A stretch of 64,000 bases of DNA from Burkholderiales bacterium (GTDB lineage Bacteria; Pseudomonadota; Gammaproteobacteria; Burkholderiales; Gallionellaceae): contig JBBRAJ010000014.1 in assembly GCA_038206935.1 (NCBI GenBank), positions 23,170-87,169 of the forward strand, read 5' to 3'. Positions 19,687-29,543 of the stretch are shown piece by piece. The notes beneath the pieces are model-generated. The model made no database searches, was not told where the DNA came from, and saw only the letters and a program-made list of their open reading frames with translations. Position 1 is the stretch's first letter, and each line of letters opens with the position of its first letter. The position numbers and the translations under genes were made by a program.

Positions 19687-21099
19687 ATGAACAAAACAGT
19701 GTCTTCTGCGAAACATTCTCATAGTCAAAATCCCCGTGTTTCCCCTGATGCGCAACGTTTTTCGAGTTCACCTGACACCCTGCGCAATATCGCTCAAGAT
19801 TTGATGGACTATGCCAAGCGTCAGGGTGCTACAGCCGCATCGGCGGATGTGTCGGAAGGTTTCGGGCAGGCTGTGACGGTGCGTCACGGTGAGGTGGAAA
19901 CCATTGAATACAATCGCGACAAGGGGCTGGGGATTACGGTTTATATCGGACAGAAGCGCGGCAATGCCAGCACGTCCGATTTTTCGCCCCAGGCTGTGCG
20001 CGATACGGTGGATGCGGCCTTGTCTATCGCACGTTATACCGCTGATGATAATTGTTCCGGTTTGCCGGAAGCCGATAGTCTGGCGCGCGAATTTCCTGAT
20101 CTGGATTTGTATCACCCCTGGGATTTGCCGGTAGAGCAGGCCATTGCGCTGGCTACGGAGTGTGAACAGTATGCACTGGATACGGATAGCCGCATCAATA
20201 ACTCGGAAGGGGCGACGGTAAATGTTCATGAGTCGCAATTTGTGTTTGCGAATAGTCTGGGTTTTATCGCCGGCTATCCTACTTCGCGCCACAGCGTAAG
20301 TTGTGCGGTCATTGCCGAGCAGGACGATGCGATGGAGCGGGACTATTGGTATAGCGTGGCGCGTAATGCCGGTGATTTGTTAAGCGTGCAACAAGTGGGC
20401 AGGATTGCCGCTGAGCGTACCGTGCGACGTTTGGGCGCAAGACAAATTAAAACGATGCAGGTTCCGGTATTGTTTGAGCCGGGCGTGGCAGTGAGTTTGC
20501 TGGGGCATCTGGTAGGCGCGGTGAGCGGCAGCAGCTTGTACCGCAAGGCGACTTTCCTGCTGGATCAACTCGATAAGCCGGTTTTTGCGTCGCATATCAA
20601 TATCAGCGATATTCCAGATATTCCCCGAGGTTTGGCTTCCAGCCCGTTCGATGATGAGGGGGTGAAAACTGTCAGCCGTAACATAGTCGAGGATGGCGTG
20701 TTGCGCGGATATTTTCTGGGGAGTTATTCGGCGCGCAAGCTGGGTTTGCATACCACTGGCAATGCGGGCGGAAACCATAATCTGATTTTAAAACCTTCGG
20801 GTATTGTATCTGGCGGGCTGGATTTCGCCGGGATGCTCAAGACCATGTCACGCGGACTGTTGGTTACAGAACTCCTGGGGCAGGGGGTCAATTCGATTAC
20901 CGGCGATTATTCGCGCGGTGCCGCAGGCTTCTGGGTGGAAAACGGTGAGATACAATATCCGGTGCATGAGGTGACTATTGCGGGCAATCTGAAGGATATG
21001 TACCGCAATATCGTCGCAGTCGGCAACGATGTGCTGGTGCAGGGTTCACGCCAGTGCGGCTCGATACTGGTTGAGGGCATGACGGTTGCCGGGAGTTGA
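19687..21099 (+). CDS. pmbA: metalloprotease PmbA (TldE)
   Basis: 470 aa in the PmbA/TldD family, with C-terminal GDYSRGAAGFWVENGEIQYPV. Confidence 0.85.
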   Translation: MNKTVSSAKHSHSQNPRVSPDAQRFSSSPDTLRNIAQDLMDYAKRQGATAASADVSEGFGQAVTVRHGEVETIEYNRDKGLGITVYIGQKRGNASTSDFSPQAVRDTVDAALSIARYTADDNCSGLPEADSLAREFPDLDLYHPWDLPVEQAIALATECEQYALDTDSRINNSEGATVNVHESQFVFANSLGFIAGYPTSRHSVSCAVIAEQDDAMERDYWYSVARNAGDLLSVQQVGRIAAERTVRRLGARQIKTMQVPVLFEPGVAVSLLGHLVGAVSGSSLYRKATFLLDQLDKPVFASHINISDIPDIPRGLASSPFDDEGVKTVSRNIVEDGVLRGYFLGSYSARKLGLHTTGNAGGNHNLILKPSGIVSGGLDFAGMLKTMSRGLLVTELLGQGVNSITGDYSRGAAGFWVENGEIQYPVHEVTIAGNLKDMYRNIVAVGNDVLVQGSRQCGSILVEGMTVAGS

Positions 21100-21220
21100 T
21101 TTATCGCCTCGGGATGTAGTCAGTCGTGACTGCAAGCAGCATTACCGGCATTCCATGCTCTCATGTTAAAATTCACTATTATTTAATTTTTACTTATTTT
21201 TTTACTTAGGATTCTCCACC

Positions 21221-22468
21221 ATGTTCTCTAGCAAAAACACCATCGCCGTTACCGACCCGGAATTATGGGCCGCGATTCAGAATGAAAATCAGCGTCAGGA
21301 AGACCACATCGAACTGATTGCTTCAGAAAATTACACCAGTTGTGCGGTGATGGAAGCGCAGGGCAGCAAGCTGACCAACAAGTATGCTGAAGGCTATCCG
21401 GGCAAGCGTTATTACGGCGGTTGCGAATACGTGGACGTGGCCGAGCAATTGGCGATTGATCGTGCGAAAGCCTTGTTCGGCGCGGAATATGCCAACGTGC
21501 AGCCGCATTCCGGTTCGCAAGCCAATCAGGCCGTGTATGTTTCCGTGCTCAAGCCCGGCGATACCATTTTGGGTATGTCGCTGGCGCACGGCGGTCATTT
21601 GACGCACGGTGCATCGGTGAATATCAGCGGCAAGCTGTATAACGCGATTCAGTACGGTCTGAACGATAAGGAAGAAATCGACTACGACGAAGTGCAGCGT
21701 CTGGCGCTGGAACACAAGCCGAAGATGATCGTGGCAGGTGCTTCCGCTTACGCATTGGTAATCGACTGGAAGCGTTTCCGCGCAATTGCCGACAGCGTTG
21801 GCGCGTATCTGTTTGTCGATATGGCGCACTATGCCGGTCTGATAGCGGCAGGCGTGTATCCCAGCCCGGTCGGTATCGCCGACTTTGTGACTACCACGAC
21901 CCACAAGACATTGCGCGGTCCGCGCGGTGGATTGATCCTGGCGAAGGCCGAGCATGAGAAAGCGCTGAATTCGGCGATTTTCCCGGCATTGCAAGGCGGC
22001 CCGTTGATGCATGTGATCGCGGCCAAGGCGGTGGCCTTCAAGGAGGCGGGCAGCAAGGAATTCAAGGCTTATCAAATACGCGTGGTAGAAAATGCACGCG
22101 TAATGACCCGTGTATTGCAGGAACGCGGTCTGCGTATCGTATCAGGTCGTACCGATAGCCATGTATTCCTGGTCGATCTGCAAGCCAAGAATCTGACCGG
22201 CAAGGATGCGGAAGCCGCATTGGGACGTGCGCATATCACCGTCAACAAGAATGCGATACCGAATGATCCGCAAAAACCGTTTGTTACCAGCGGTATCCGC
22301 ATCGGCAGCCCGGCAATGACGACACGCGGCTTTACCGAGATTGAGGCAGAGAAACTCGCTAACCTGATCGCCGACGTGCTGGATGCGCCGAATGATGAGG
22401 CAGTGATTGCACGCGTGGTCGGTGAAGTTAAAAAATTGACCGCTCAGTTCCCGGTATACGGAGCCTAA
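21221..22468 (+). CDS. glyA: serine hydroxymethyltransferase
   Basis: ELIASENY and [14 protein letters not shown] (PLP-Lys) signatures. Confidence 0.95.
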   Translation: MFSSKNTIAVTDPELWAAIQNENQRQEDHIELIASENYTSCAVMEAQGSKLTNKYAEGYPGKRYYGGCEYVDVAEQLAIDRAKALFGAEYANVQPHSGSQANQAVYVSVLKPGDTILGMSLAHGGHLTHGASVNISGKLYNAIQYGLNDKEEIDYDEVQRLALEHKPKMIVAGASAYALVIDWKRFRAIADSVGAYLFVDMAHYAGLIAAGVYPSPVGIADFVTTTTHKTLRGPRGGLILAKAEHEKALNSAIFPALQGGPLMHVIAAKAVAFKEAGSKEFKAYQIRVVENARVMTRVLQERGLRIVSGRTDSHVFLVDLQAKNLTGKDAEAALGRAHITVNKNAIPNDPQKPFVTSGIRIGSPAMTTRGFTEIEAEKLANLIADVLDAPNDEAVIARVVGEVKKLTAQFPVYGA

Positions 22469-22471
22469 GCT

Positions 22472-22546
22472 GAGAAGGAGGAAGAGGGAAGGGAGAAGGG
22501 AAGCTGCGGTTTCTCGTCCTTCAATCTTTCCCCTTCGTCCTTTCCT
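22472..22546 (+). repeat. 32-nt pure polypurine tract followed by a pyrimidine-rich arm (imperfect long hairpin / mirror element)
   Basis: gagaaggaggaagagggaagggagaagggaag (22472-22503) is followed by tctcgtccttcaatctttccccttcgtcctttcct, ending at the nrdR ATG. Confidence 0.7.
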
Positions 22547-23053
22547 ATGAAATGTCCCTTCTGTAAAGGTCACGATACCCAGGTAGTCGATACTCGCGAG
22601 AGCGAGGAGGGCGACAGCATACGTCGGCGACGGCGTTGCGTGTCTTGTGATAAACGTTTTACCACCTACGAAACGGTGGAGTTGCGCATGCCGCAGGTCG
22701 TCAAACAAAACGGGATGCGTAGCGAATTCGATACTGAAAAGCTGCGCACCAGTTTCAAGCGTGCCTTGCATAAGCGTCCTGTCCCAACGGAATCGGTTGA
22801 TGCGTCCATTGATCACATAGTTCATACCCTGTACGCCCTGGGCGAACGTGAAGTCGATTCGCGTTATGTCGGCGAGATGGTGATGCAGGAATTGCTCAAG
22901 CTCGACAAGATTGCCTATATTCGCTTTGCTTCTGTTTACAAGAGTTTTCAGGATGTCGGTGACTTTACTGAGGCCATTAAGGCGGTGCGCACTACCGCTG
23001 CCCGTGCGCCTAAATTACGGGCAGACAATGCCGGTGCGGTCAAAAAATCCTGA
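22547..23053 (+). CDS. nrdR: transcriptional repressor NrdR
   Basis: [17 protein letters not shown] zinc ribbon followed by an ATP-cone. Confidence 0.95.
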   Translation: MKCPFCKGHDTQVVDTRESEEGDSIRRRRRCVSCDKRFTTYETVELRMPQVVKQNGMRSEFDTEKLRTSFKRALHKRPVPTESVDASIDHIVHTLYALGEREVDSRYVGEMVMQELLKLDKIAYIRFASVYKSFQDVGDFTEAIKAVRTTAARAPKLRADNAGAVKKS

Positions 23054-24174
23054 TGCTTGATGCAAATGGCAGCCGCTGGATGGCCGAGGCGCTCAAGCTT
23101 GCCGAGCGCGGGCTTTATGGCACCAGCCCGAATCCGCGTGTCGGCTGTGTGCTGGTTAAGGATGGGCTGCTTTTGGGGCGCGGCTGGCATCAAAAGGCGG
23201 GTGAGCCGCATGCCGAGATACATGCACTGCGCGAGGCAGGCGAGGCGGCGCGAGGTGCGACAGCCTATGTCACGCTGGAACCTTGCAGTCATCATGGAAG
23301 AACGCCGCCCTGTGCCGATGCGTTGATCGTGGCGGGGGTTAGTCGCGTGGTCATCGCGATGCAAGACCCGAATCCACTGGTGGCAGGGCAGGGCATCGCC
23401 CGCTTGCGCGAAGCTGGGATTGAAGTCGAATCCGGTTTGATGGAAGTCGCAGCGCGCGAGTTGAATGTGGGCTTTGTCTTGCGCATGACCAACGGTATGC
23501 CTTATGTACGCAGCAAGGTCGGCATGAGTCTGGATGGTCGCACCGCCTTGGCGAACGGCATCAGTCAATGGATTACCGGCCCTGAAGCCCGGCGCGATGT
23601 GCAGCACTGGCGCGCACGTTCCTGTGCAATGCTCACCGGCATCGGTACCGTGATGGCGGATGATCCGCAGTTGAATGTGCGCGAAATTGACACACACCGC
23701 CAGCCGCTGCGTGTGGTGCTGGACAGTCAGTTGCGTATTTCTCCTGATGCAAAAATCCTGCAACGCGGCGAGACGTTGATCTATGCGTCAATGGAGAATG
23801 AGCGTAAGCAGGCACTGATGCGGGATTTGGGTATCACCGTAGTGATGATGCCGGATGGTTATGGGCGGGTCGATATTAAAGCCATGTTGCACGATCTGGC
23901 ACAGCGCGGTTGTAACGAAGTGCTGGTAGAAGCCGGAAGTGCGCTGAATGGCAGCCTGCTGCGCGAAGGGTTGGTGGATGAATTATTGCTGTATATCGCC
24001 CCGCAGTTGCTGGGTGATCTGGCGCGTGGCTTCACACAGTTGGGGAAGCTGACCCGTCTTGATGAGCGTATTCAACTCAAATGGCAGGATGTGCGTCAAA
24101 TAGGATGCGATTTGCGAATAACGGCAAAGGTCGAGAAACCAATGCCGCAACGAAAGGGGGTCAAAAATGTTTAG
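23053..24174 (+). CDS. ribD: bifunctional diaminohydroxyphosphoribosylaminopyrimidine deaminase / 5-amino-6-(5-phosphoribosylamino)uracil reductase
   Basis: Deaminase motif HAEIHAL ... TLEPCSHHGRTPPC plus the C-terminal reductase domain. The start overlaps the nrdR stop (TGATG). Confidence 0.9.
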   Translation: MLDANGSRWMAEALKLAERGLYGTSPNPRVGCVLVKDGLLLGRGWHQKAGEPHAEIHALREAGEAARGATAYVTLEPCSHHGRTPPCADALIVAGVSRVVIAMQDPNPLVAGQGIARLREAGIEVESGLMEVAARELNVGFVLRMTNGMPYVRSKVGMSLDGRTALANGISQWITGPEARRDVQHWRARSCAMLTGIGTVMADDPQLNVREIDTHRQPLRVVLDSQLRISPDAKILQRGETLIYASMENERKQALMRDLGITVVMMPDGYGRVDIKAMLHDLAQRGCNEVLVEAGSALNGSLLREGLVDELLLYIAPQLLGDLARGFTQLGKLTRLDERIQLKWQDVRQIGCDLRITAKVEKPMPQRKGVKNV

Positions 24175-24763
24175 TGGAATCATTGCGGATGTCGGACTTA
24201 TCACTCAATCGGAAGACCGCGATGGCGGTTTGCGTTTATCCGTAGTAACTGAAGTGCTGGGTATGGACGATGTGCAGATCGGCGACAGTATAGCGGTGAA
24301 TGGCGTATGCCTGACAGTGATCAAGCTAGACGGGCACACCTTCACCGTTGATGTCTCGCGTGAAACGCTTAATTGCACGGTCGGGCTGGAGCGACTGGGC
24401 GGGCATGTGAATCTGGAAAAAGCGTTAAGACTATCTGACCGGTTGGGCGGGCATTTGGTTAGCGGACATGTGGACGGTGTTGGCGAAGTGGTTGCGTTCA
24501 ATGACATCGGCGAAAGCTGGCGGCTGGTGGTGCGTGCGCCGCAACCGTTGGCTAAATACATCGCAGTAAAAGGCTCGATCACCATTAATGGCGTCAGTCT
24601 TACTGTGAATCATGTCGCCGGTTCGGAGTTTGACATCAACCTGATTCCGCATACGCTGGATGCTACAACGCTCAATGAACTAAAAGTTGGCAGCAAGGTA
24701 AACCTCGAAATCGATCTGATTGCAAGATACGTCGAGCGCATGATGACGGCGGAAAAGGGCTAG
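24167..24763 (+). CDS. ribE: riboflavin synthase
   Basis: MFSGII N-terminus and duplicated lumazine-binding repeats (GDSIAVNGVCLTV / GSITINGVSLTV). Confidence 0.9.
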   Translation: MFSGIIADVGLITQSEDRDGGLRLSVVTEVLGMDDVQIGDSIAVNGVCLTVIKLDGHTFTVDVSRETLNCTVGLERLGGHVNLEKALRLSDRLGGHLVSGHVDGVGEVVAFNDIGESWRLVVRAPQPLAKYIAVKGSITINGVSLTVNHVAGSEFDINLIPHTLDATTLNELKVGSKVNLEIDLIARYVERMMTAEKG

Positions 24764-24805
24764 GTGCAAAAGCGCGTCTGTTAAGCCTCGCGCAAACAGA
24801 TGGAG

Positions 24806-24828
24806 TGCGGCGGCACGACGCCGCTTTA
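24806..24828 (+). terminator. weak putative terminator after ribE
   Basis: GCGGCG-GCACGA-CGCCGC hairpin followed by TTTAT. Confidence 0.35.
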
Positions 24829-25037
24829 TGCATTGCTGATTCTCAATTCGAGTTGATAATCAACCGTAGCGTGGGTACATCAGTATTTCTACACAATAAA
24901 TCTACAAAACCATGTCTGTATCCATCCAAGCTACATTAGGACAGTCTGATAGGCGTGCATAAATGGTAGAATCGCGCCTCTTCGGATAACCCATAGGCTA
25001 TAGGCGGGGTTGCCATATTTAATTTTTGAGGTTTTGC

Positions 25038-26129
25038 ATGACTGGAATAACACCGATACAGGAAATTATCGCCGAGATTCGCGCCGGGAATATGGTGGTT
25101 CTGGTGGATGAGGAAGATCGTGAGAACGAGGGTGATCTGGTTTTTGCGGCTGAATTTACCACGCCGGAAAAAATCAATTTTATGGCCAGATACGGACGCG
25201 GGTTGATTTGCCTGACCCTGACCGAGGCGCATTGCAAGCAGCTTAATCTGCCGTTGATGGTGCAGGAAAACGGTTTGCAACTGGCAACTAATTTTACGAT
25301 GTCTATCGAGGCGGCCACCGGGGTGACCACCGGAATTTCGGCGGGTGACAGGGCGCGTACAGTGCTGGTCGCGGCGGATAAGAATGCCAAGCCTGCCGAC
25401 ATTGTTCAGCCCGGGCATATTTTTCCGTTGCGTGCACAAAATGGCGGGGTGCTGGTACGTGCCGGTCACACTGAGGCAGGTTGCGATCTGGCGCAGATGG
25501 CGGGTGTAACGCCGGCATCGGTGATTTGCGAAATACTCAAGGATGACGGCGAGATGGCGCGTCTGCCGGACTTGATCGAGTTTGCCAAGACGCACGGCTT
25601 GAAGATAGGTACTATCGCCGATCTGATCGAGCATCGCAGTCATAATGAAAAATTGGTTGAGCGTGTAGGCATGCGTCGCATTCAGACGGCATATGGCGAG
25701 TTCAATCTGGCGACTTATCTGGACAAGACTACGCAGCGTACTCATCTGGCGCTGGTAAAAGGCGAGGTCGTTGCCGGTGAAGAAACACTGGTACGCGTGC
25801 ATGAACCGTTGTCGGTAATGGATTTTATTGAACAGAAAACCCCTGACCATTCGACCAGTGTGCATCAGGCGATGCAGAAGATGGCTCAGGCCAGAGCAGG
25901 GGTGCTGGTTTTACTGCATAGAGGCGAGACTTCCAGGGAGTTGCTGGAACGCGCCAGTGTTGAAGAGGGTGGTCATCACGCTCAATGGGATCCGCGCAGT
26001 TATGGTATCGGAGCGCAGATATTGCGTGATTTGAATGTAGGCAAGATGCGTTTGCTGGCTACGCCGCACAAGATGCCGAGCATGGCCGGTTTCGGTCTGG
26101 AAGTGGTCGGTTACGCGAGCCACGAATAA
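25038..26129 (+). CDS. ribBA: bifunctional 3,4-dihydroxy-2-butanone-4-phosphate synthase / GTP cyclohydrolase II-like protein
   Basis: DHBP synthase motifs (DEEDRENEGDLV, RAGHTEA) plus a C-terminal RibA-like domain. I chose the ATG at 25038, which is preceded by GAGG. Confidence 0.9.
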   Translation: MTGITPIQEIIAEIRAGNMVVLVDEEDRENEGDLVFAAEFTTPEKINFMARYGRGLICLTLTEAHCKQLNLPLMVQENGLQLATNFTMSIEAATGVTTGISAGDRARTVLVAADKNAKPADIVQPGHIFPLRAQNGGVLVRAGHTEAGCDLAQMAGVTPASVICEILKDDGEMARLPDLIEFAKTHGLKIGTIADLIEHRSHNEKLVERVGMRRIQTAYGEFNLATYLDKTTQRTHLALVKGEVVAGEETLVRVHEPLSVMDFIEQKTPDHSTSVHQAMQKMAQARAGVLVLLHRGETSRELLERASVEEGGHHAQWDPRSYGIGAQILRDLNVGKMRLLATPHKMPSMAGFGLEVVGYASHE

Positions 26130-26171
26130 ACCCGTACGAATCAATCTGTCACGAATATAAGGAGCAGGATA

Positions 26172-26624
26172 ATGAAGGAAATCGAACAGAATCTGGATGG
26201 AAGAGGGTTGCGCATCGGTATAGTGCAGAGTCGTTTTAACCCGGAGGTATGCGAAGGTCTGCTGGCTTCGTGCCGTGCGCAATTGATACAGCAGGGCGTC
26301 AGTGATGAAGACATTACGCTGGCGACCGTCGCGGGGGCGCTGGAAATCCCGCTGGTGCTGTTGCATATGGCAGATAGCGAAAAGTACGATGCATTGATCG
26401 CGCTGGGCGCGGTGATACGCGGTGATACCTATCACTTTGAGGTGGTATCGAATGAATCGGCACGGGGCGTGGGTGATGTGCAACTGACCTGCGGGGTACC
26501 GATTGCGAATGCGATTCTGACTACCGATACAGATGAACAGGCACTCGCGCGTATCAGCGTGAAGGGGAGTGAAGCCGCACTGGTAGCGGTCGAAATGGCG
26601 AATTTGCTGCGGGAATTGGCATGA
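26172..26624 (+). CDS. ribH: 6,7-dimethyl-8-ribityllumazine synthase
   Basis: 150 aa with [11 protein letters not shown] ... VAGALEIP ... [12 protein letters not shown] signature. Confidence 0.95.
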   Translation: MKEIEQNLDGRGLRIGIVQSRFNPEVCEGLLASCRAQLIQQGVSDEDITLATVAGALEIPLVLLHMADSEKYDALIALGAVIRGDTYHFEVVSNESARGVGDVQLTCGVPIANAILTTDTDEQALARISVKGSEAALVAVEMANLLRELA

Positions 26625-27133
26625 GCAAGAATATTGAATCCGGCGCAGTCAAGACCACCAGTGCAGTCAAGACCACCAGTGCAGTCAAGACCAAGAGTCC
26701 GCGCCATCGTGCGCGTGAACTGGCGCTACAGGGTATTTATCAATGGCGCGTATCGGCAGGCGATGTGGCGGATATTGATAAGCAGATGCAGTCCGAGCCG
26801 AATCTGGGGCATTACGATAAGGAGATGTTTACCCGGTTGTTGCGTGGCGTTATTACCCAGCATCAAGAACTTGAAGCCTTGTTGACACCGAATCTGGATC
26901 GCCCGCTGGACGAGTTGAGTACCGTGGAATTTTCGGTGCTGTTACTCGCAGGTTTTGAGTTAAGTCGTCAGCCGGAAGTGCCTTACAAGGTTGTCATCAA
27001 CGAGGCCGTCGAACTCGCCAAGACGTTTGGCGGTACGGATGGCCACAAATATGTGAATGGTGTGCTGGATAAATTGGTACCCAAACTGCGTGCTGTCGAA
27101 TTTGAAAATAACAAACGCAAGAGCAGGTCTTAA
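26621..27133 (+). CDS. nusB: transcription antitermination factor NusB (with repeat-containing N-terminal extension)
   Basis: [15 protein letters not shown] ... INEAVELAK motifs. ATGA overlap with ribH. Confidence 0.9.
   Translation: MSKNIESGAVKTTSAVKTTSAVKTKSPRHRARELALQGIYQWRVSAGDVADIDKQMQSEPNLGHYDKEMFTRLLRGVITQHQELEALLTPNLDRPLDELSTVEFSVLLLAGFELSRQPEVPYKVVINEAVELAKTFGGTDGHKYVNGVLDKLVPKLRAVEFENNKRKSRS
26645..26698 (+). repeat. 3 x 18-bp in-frame tandem repeat inside the nusB 5' end
   Basis: gcagtcaagaccaccagt occurs twice, followed by gcagtcaagaccaagagt. The repeats encode (AVKTTS)2-AVKTKS. Confidence 0.95.
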
Positions 27134-27188
27134 ACTGAATTTAGCCCGAATTTTCTATTAGCGTGAATTTTCCATTGGACAGAGATTG

Positions 27189-27213
27189 GTCATTCCTGCG
27201 CAGGCGGGAATCC
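27189..27213. repeat. dRS3-like palindromic element, copy 2
   Basis: gtcattcctgcgcaggcgggaatcc in the nusB-thiL intergenic region. Confidence 0.8.
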
Positions 27214-27389
27214 AGTTAATTAAAAAGTCCCGCGTAGTGGGCCAGCATCAAGGTTTTGTCTGTTATGCAGGGTGTTTAGTCGTTTCATCAATGGTGCTGG
27301 CCATGGATTATCCGGATTTGTCATAAACCTTAAAACTCATTTTGCGGGTAAAGGGTGTCTCTAAATGCTTTCTCAAGGTTTATCCTCTC

Positions 27390-28343
27390 ATGTCCGAATT
27401 TGATCTGATCAAACGCTACTTCACCCGTACACCGACCGACAGTTTGTTAGGTGTGGGTGATGATGCGGCTTTGATGCGCGTCAGTGAAGGGCAGGTGCTG
27501 GCGGTATCCAGTGACATGCTGGTGAGTGGAACGCACTTTTTTGCCGATGCCGATCCGTTTATGCTGGGGCACAAAACCTTGGCGGTTAACTTATCCGATC
27601 TGGCCGCAATGGGGGCGAAACCGCGTTGGGCGACGCTGGCGGTTTCATTGCCGGAAGTGAATGAATTCTGGCTGGCGCGTTTCAGTGCAGGCTTGTTTGC
27701 GCTAGCCGATGAACATGGCGTAGAGCTGGTGGGGGGGGATACCACGCGCGGGCCGCTTAATCTGTGTGTGACAATTTTCGGTGAAGTGGAAGCGGTGCTG
27801 GCGTTGCGTCGTAGCGGAGGCGAAGTCGGCGATGAAATCTGGGTGTCGGGTCAACTGGGCAATGCCGCCCTTGCATTGGCGCATATGCAGGGAAGAGTGG
27901 TTTTTCCTGAAGCGGAATTTGAAACCTGTGCGCGGGCTCTTCATCAACCTCAACCGCGTGTGGCATTAGGTCGGGAATTGCGTGAGGTTGCGCGTAGCGC
28001 GATTGATATTTCCGATGGCTTACTGGCTGATCTGGGGCATATCCTCGATGCCTCGCATGTCGCAGCCAGACTGGATATTGCCTCATTACCCCTATCGCCT
28101 TTCTTGCGCCGGATGCTGGATACCCCTCTGGGTAAACAATGTGCATTGGCCGGGGGGGATGATTATGAACTGTGCTTTACCGTTCCCGCATCGCGGCATG
28201 CTGAGGTATGTTCAATCAGTAAACATCTGGGTTTGCCGTTGACTTGTATCGGAAAAATTGTTGCGGGGCAGGGTTGCATCGTTCATGATTCGGCTGGGAA
28301 CCCGATAACTTTAGATGAAGGCGGCTATGACCACTTCCGATGA
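27390..28343 (+). CDS. thiL: thiamine-monophosphate kinase
   Basis: MSEFDLIKRYF ... GDDAAL ... NLSDLAAMGA ... GGDTT motifs. The internal Met was chosen over the track start. Confidence 0.9.
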   Translation: MSEFDLIKRYFTRTPTDSLLGVGDDAALMRVSEGQVLAVSSDMLVSGTHFFADADPFMLGHKTLAVNLSDLAAMGAKPRWATLAVSLPEVNEFWLARFSAGLFALADEHGVELVGGDTTRGPLNLCVTIFGEVEAVLALRRSGGEVGDEIWVSGQLGNAALALAHMQGRVVFPEAEFETCARALHQPQPRVALGRELREVARSAIDISDGLLADLGHILDASHVAARLDIASLPLSPFLRRMLDTPLGKQCALAGGDDYELCFTVPASRHAEVCSISKHLGLPLTCIGKIVAGQGCIVHDSAGNPITLDEGGYDHFR

Positions 28344-28848
28344 ATTGAATGAACACGGTGAGTCAACACTTAAACCTGATTTAAATTTTTTGTTGCGCCA
28401 TCCGGCTCATTTCCTCGCATTTGGCTTTGGCAGTGGCTTGGCGCGCAGTGCACCCGGCACATTCGGTACGCTGGTTGCATTCCCGATGTACTGGTATCTC
28501 GCCCCGCGCTTATCGGATGCGTTGTTCCTGCTGGTGTTGATCTGGGCTTTCGCGATCGGGATATGGGTCTGCGACATTACCGGGAAAGCATTGGGTGTGC
28601 TGGATCATGGCGGGATGGTCTGGGATGAGATCGTCGCGATGTTGCTGGTGTTGTTTTTTACGCCGCCGGGATGGTACTGGGCGTTGCTGGCTTTCGTACT
28701 GTTTCGTTTTTTCGATATTATCAAACCACCGCCGATACGTTATTTCGATAGCAACTGGCATGGCGGTTTGGGCGTGATGTTTGATGATTTACTGGCAGCG
28801 GGTTATGCGCTGCTTTGCATGGCGGCGATTAAAAGTATCCTGCCATGA
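28315..28848 (+). CDS. pgpA: phosphatidylglycerophosphatase A
   Basis: FGFGSGL ... PGTFGT ... DIIKPPP motifs. The start could instead be the ATG at 28327. Overlaps the thiL 3' end. Confidence 0.85.
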   Translation: MKAAMTTSDELNEHGESTLKPDLNFLLRHPAHFLAFGFGSGLARSAPGTFGTLVAFPMYWYLAPRLSDALFLLVLIWAFAIGIWVCDITGKALGVLDHGGMVWDEIVAMLLVLFFTPPGWYWALLAFVLFRFFDIIKPPPIRYFDSNWHGGLGVMFDDLLAAGYALLCMAAIKSILP

Positions 28849-29525
28849 AAATGATTTGGGTGCTGCTGTTGTGTGCAAGTGTAAATGCGCATGCGAAGGT
28901 GGCACAGCCTGATACGGTGTTCTTGGCACAGGTAGTTGCCGTGCTCGACGGTGATACGGTCATGGTCAGGCGAAGAGCCGGGATAGTCAGAATACGACTG
29001 GCGGATATTGATGCGCCGGAAAAAGCGCAGCCATACGGCGATGCTTCACGGCGTTCTCTTGCCGAGATGGTTTTGCATCAGCAGGTGCATGTGGCAAGCC
29101 GTGCGGTGGACAAGTACGGGCGCGTGGTTGCAAGGCTGGGTCTGAATGGACTGGATGTCAATGCTGAACAGGTGCGACGGGGAATGGCGTGGGATTATTC
29201 CTTGCATCACAGTAATCGGCTGTTGGCGGCTTTTCAGAATGAAGCCAGACTGGCGCGGCGCGGCTTATGGAGTTCAAGTCAGCCCACGCCACCGTGGTTA
29301 TGGCGCAAACAACATCCAGCTAATTACTCAATTTCTTCTACCCGACAAAGCGAGACTGTAAACCGGTTGGCCTCATCGGGTGAATGCGGTAGCAAGCATT
29401 ATTGTTCGCAGATGCGTTCATGTGGTGAGGCCAGGTATTATCTGGCGCAATGCCGTATGTACAAGCTGGATCGTAATCATGATGGCGTGCCATGTGAAAG
29501 TCTGTGTCCGCGGAGTGGCAAATAG
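28845..29525 (+). CDS. secreted thermonuclease (SNase-like) with C-terminal Excalibur calcium-binding domain
   Basis: Signal peptide MKMIWVLLLCASVNAHA. SNase motifs (VLDGDTV ... IRLADIDAPE ... YGRVVA ... GLW). C-terminal C-x-C...DRNHDGVPCE Excalibur signature. ATGA overlap with pgpA. Confidence 0.8.
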   Translation: MKMIWVLLLCASVNAHAKVAQPDTVFLAQVVAVLDGDTVMVRRRAGIVRIRLADIDAPEKAQPYGDASRRSLAEMVLHQQVHVASRAVDKYGRVVARLGLNGLDVNAEQVRRGMAWDYSLHHSNRLLAAFQNEARLARRGLWSSSQPTPPWLWRKQHPANYSISSTRQSETVNRLASSGECGSKHYCSQMRSCGEARYYLAQCRMYKLDRNHDGVPCESLCPRSGK

Positions 29526-29543
29526 AAAAGCTGTCAAGCTTCG

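Noticed and set aside
21323-22075. 250-aa ORF antisense to glyA. There are similar long antisense ORFs at 22142-22825, 22948-23763, 24936-25865, 25911-26483 and 37468-38076.
   Set aside because: Each lies entirely opposite a confidently identified conserved gene (glyA, nrdR, ribD, ribBA, ribH, SNF2). Their products are Arg/His/Gln-rich and low in complexity. This is typical of spurious open frames on the antisense strand of GC-richer genes.
24764-25037. Possible FMN (RFN) riboswitch in the 270-nt leader upstream of ribBA.
   Set aside because: The conserved RFN core segments (GGGGCGAAATTCCCCACCGGCGGTA ... CCGACAGT..AGTCTGGATG) are absent. Only a short chance-level ggacagtctgat resemblance is present. 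An Rfam scan would settle it.
25681-25690. ttcagacggc, the reverse complement of the neisserial DNA uptake sequence GCCGTCTGAA.
   Set aside because: I noticed only a single occurrence in 64 kb, inside ribBA. A genuine uptake-sequence system would give many copies, so this is most likely chance.
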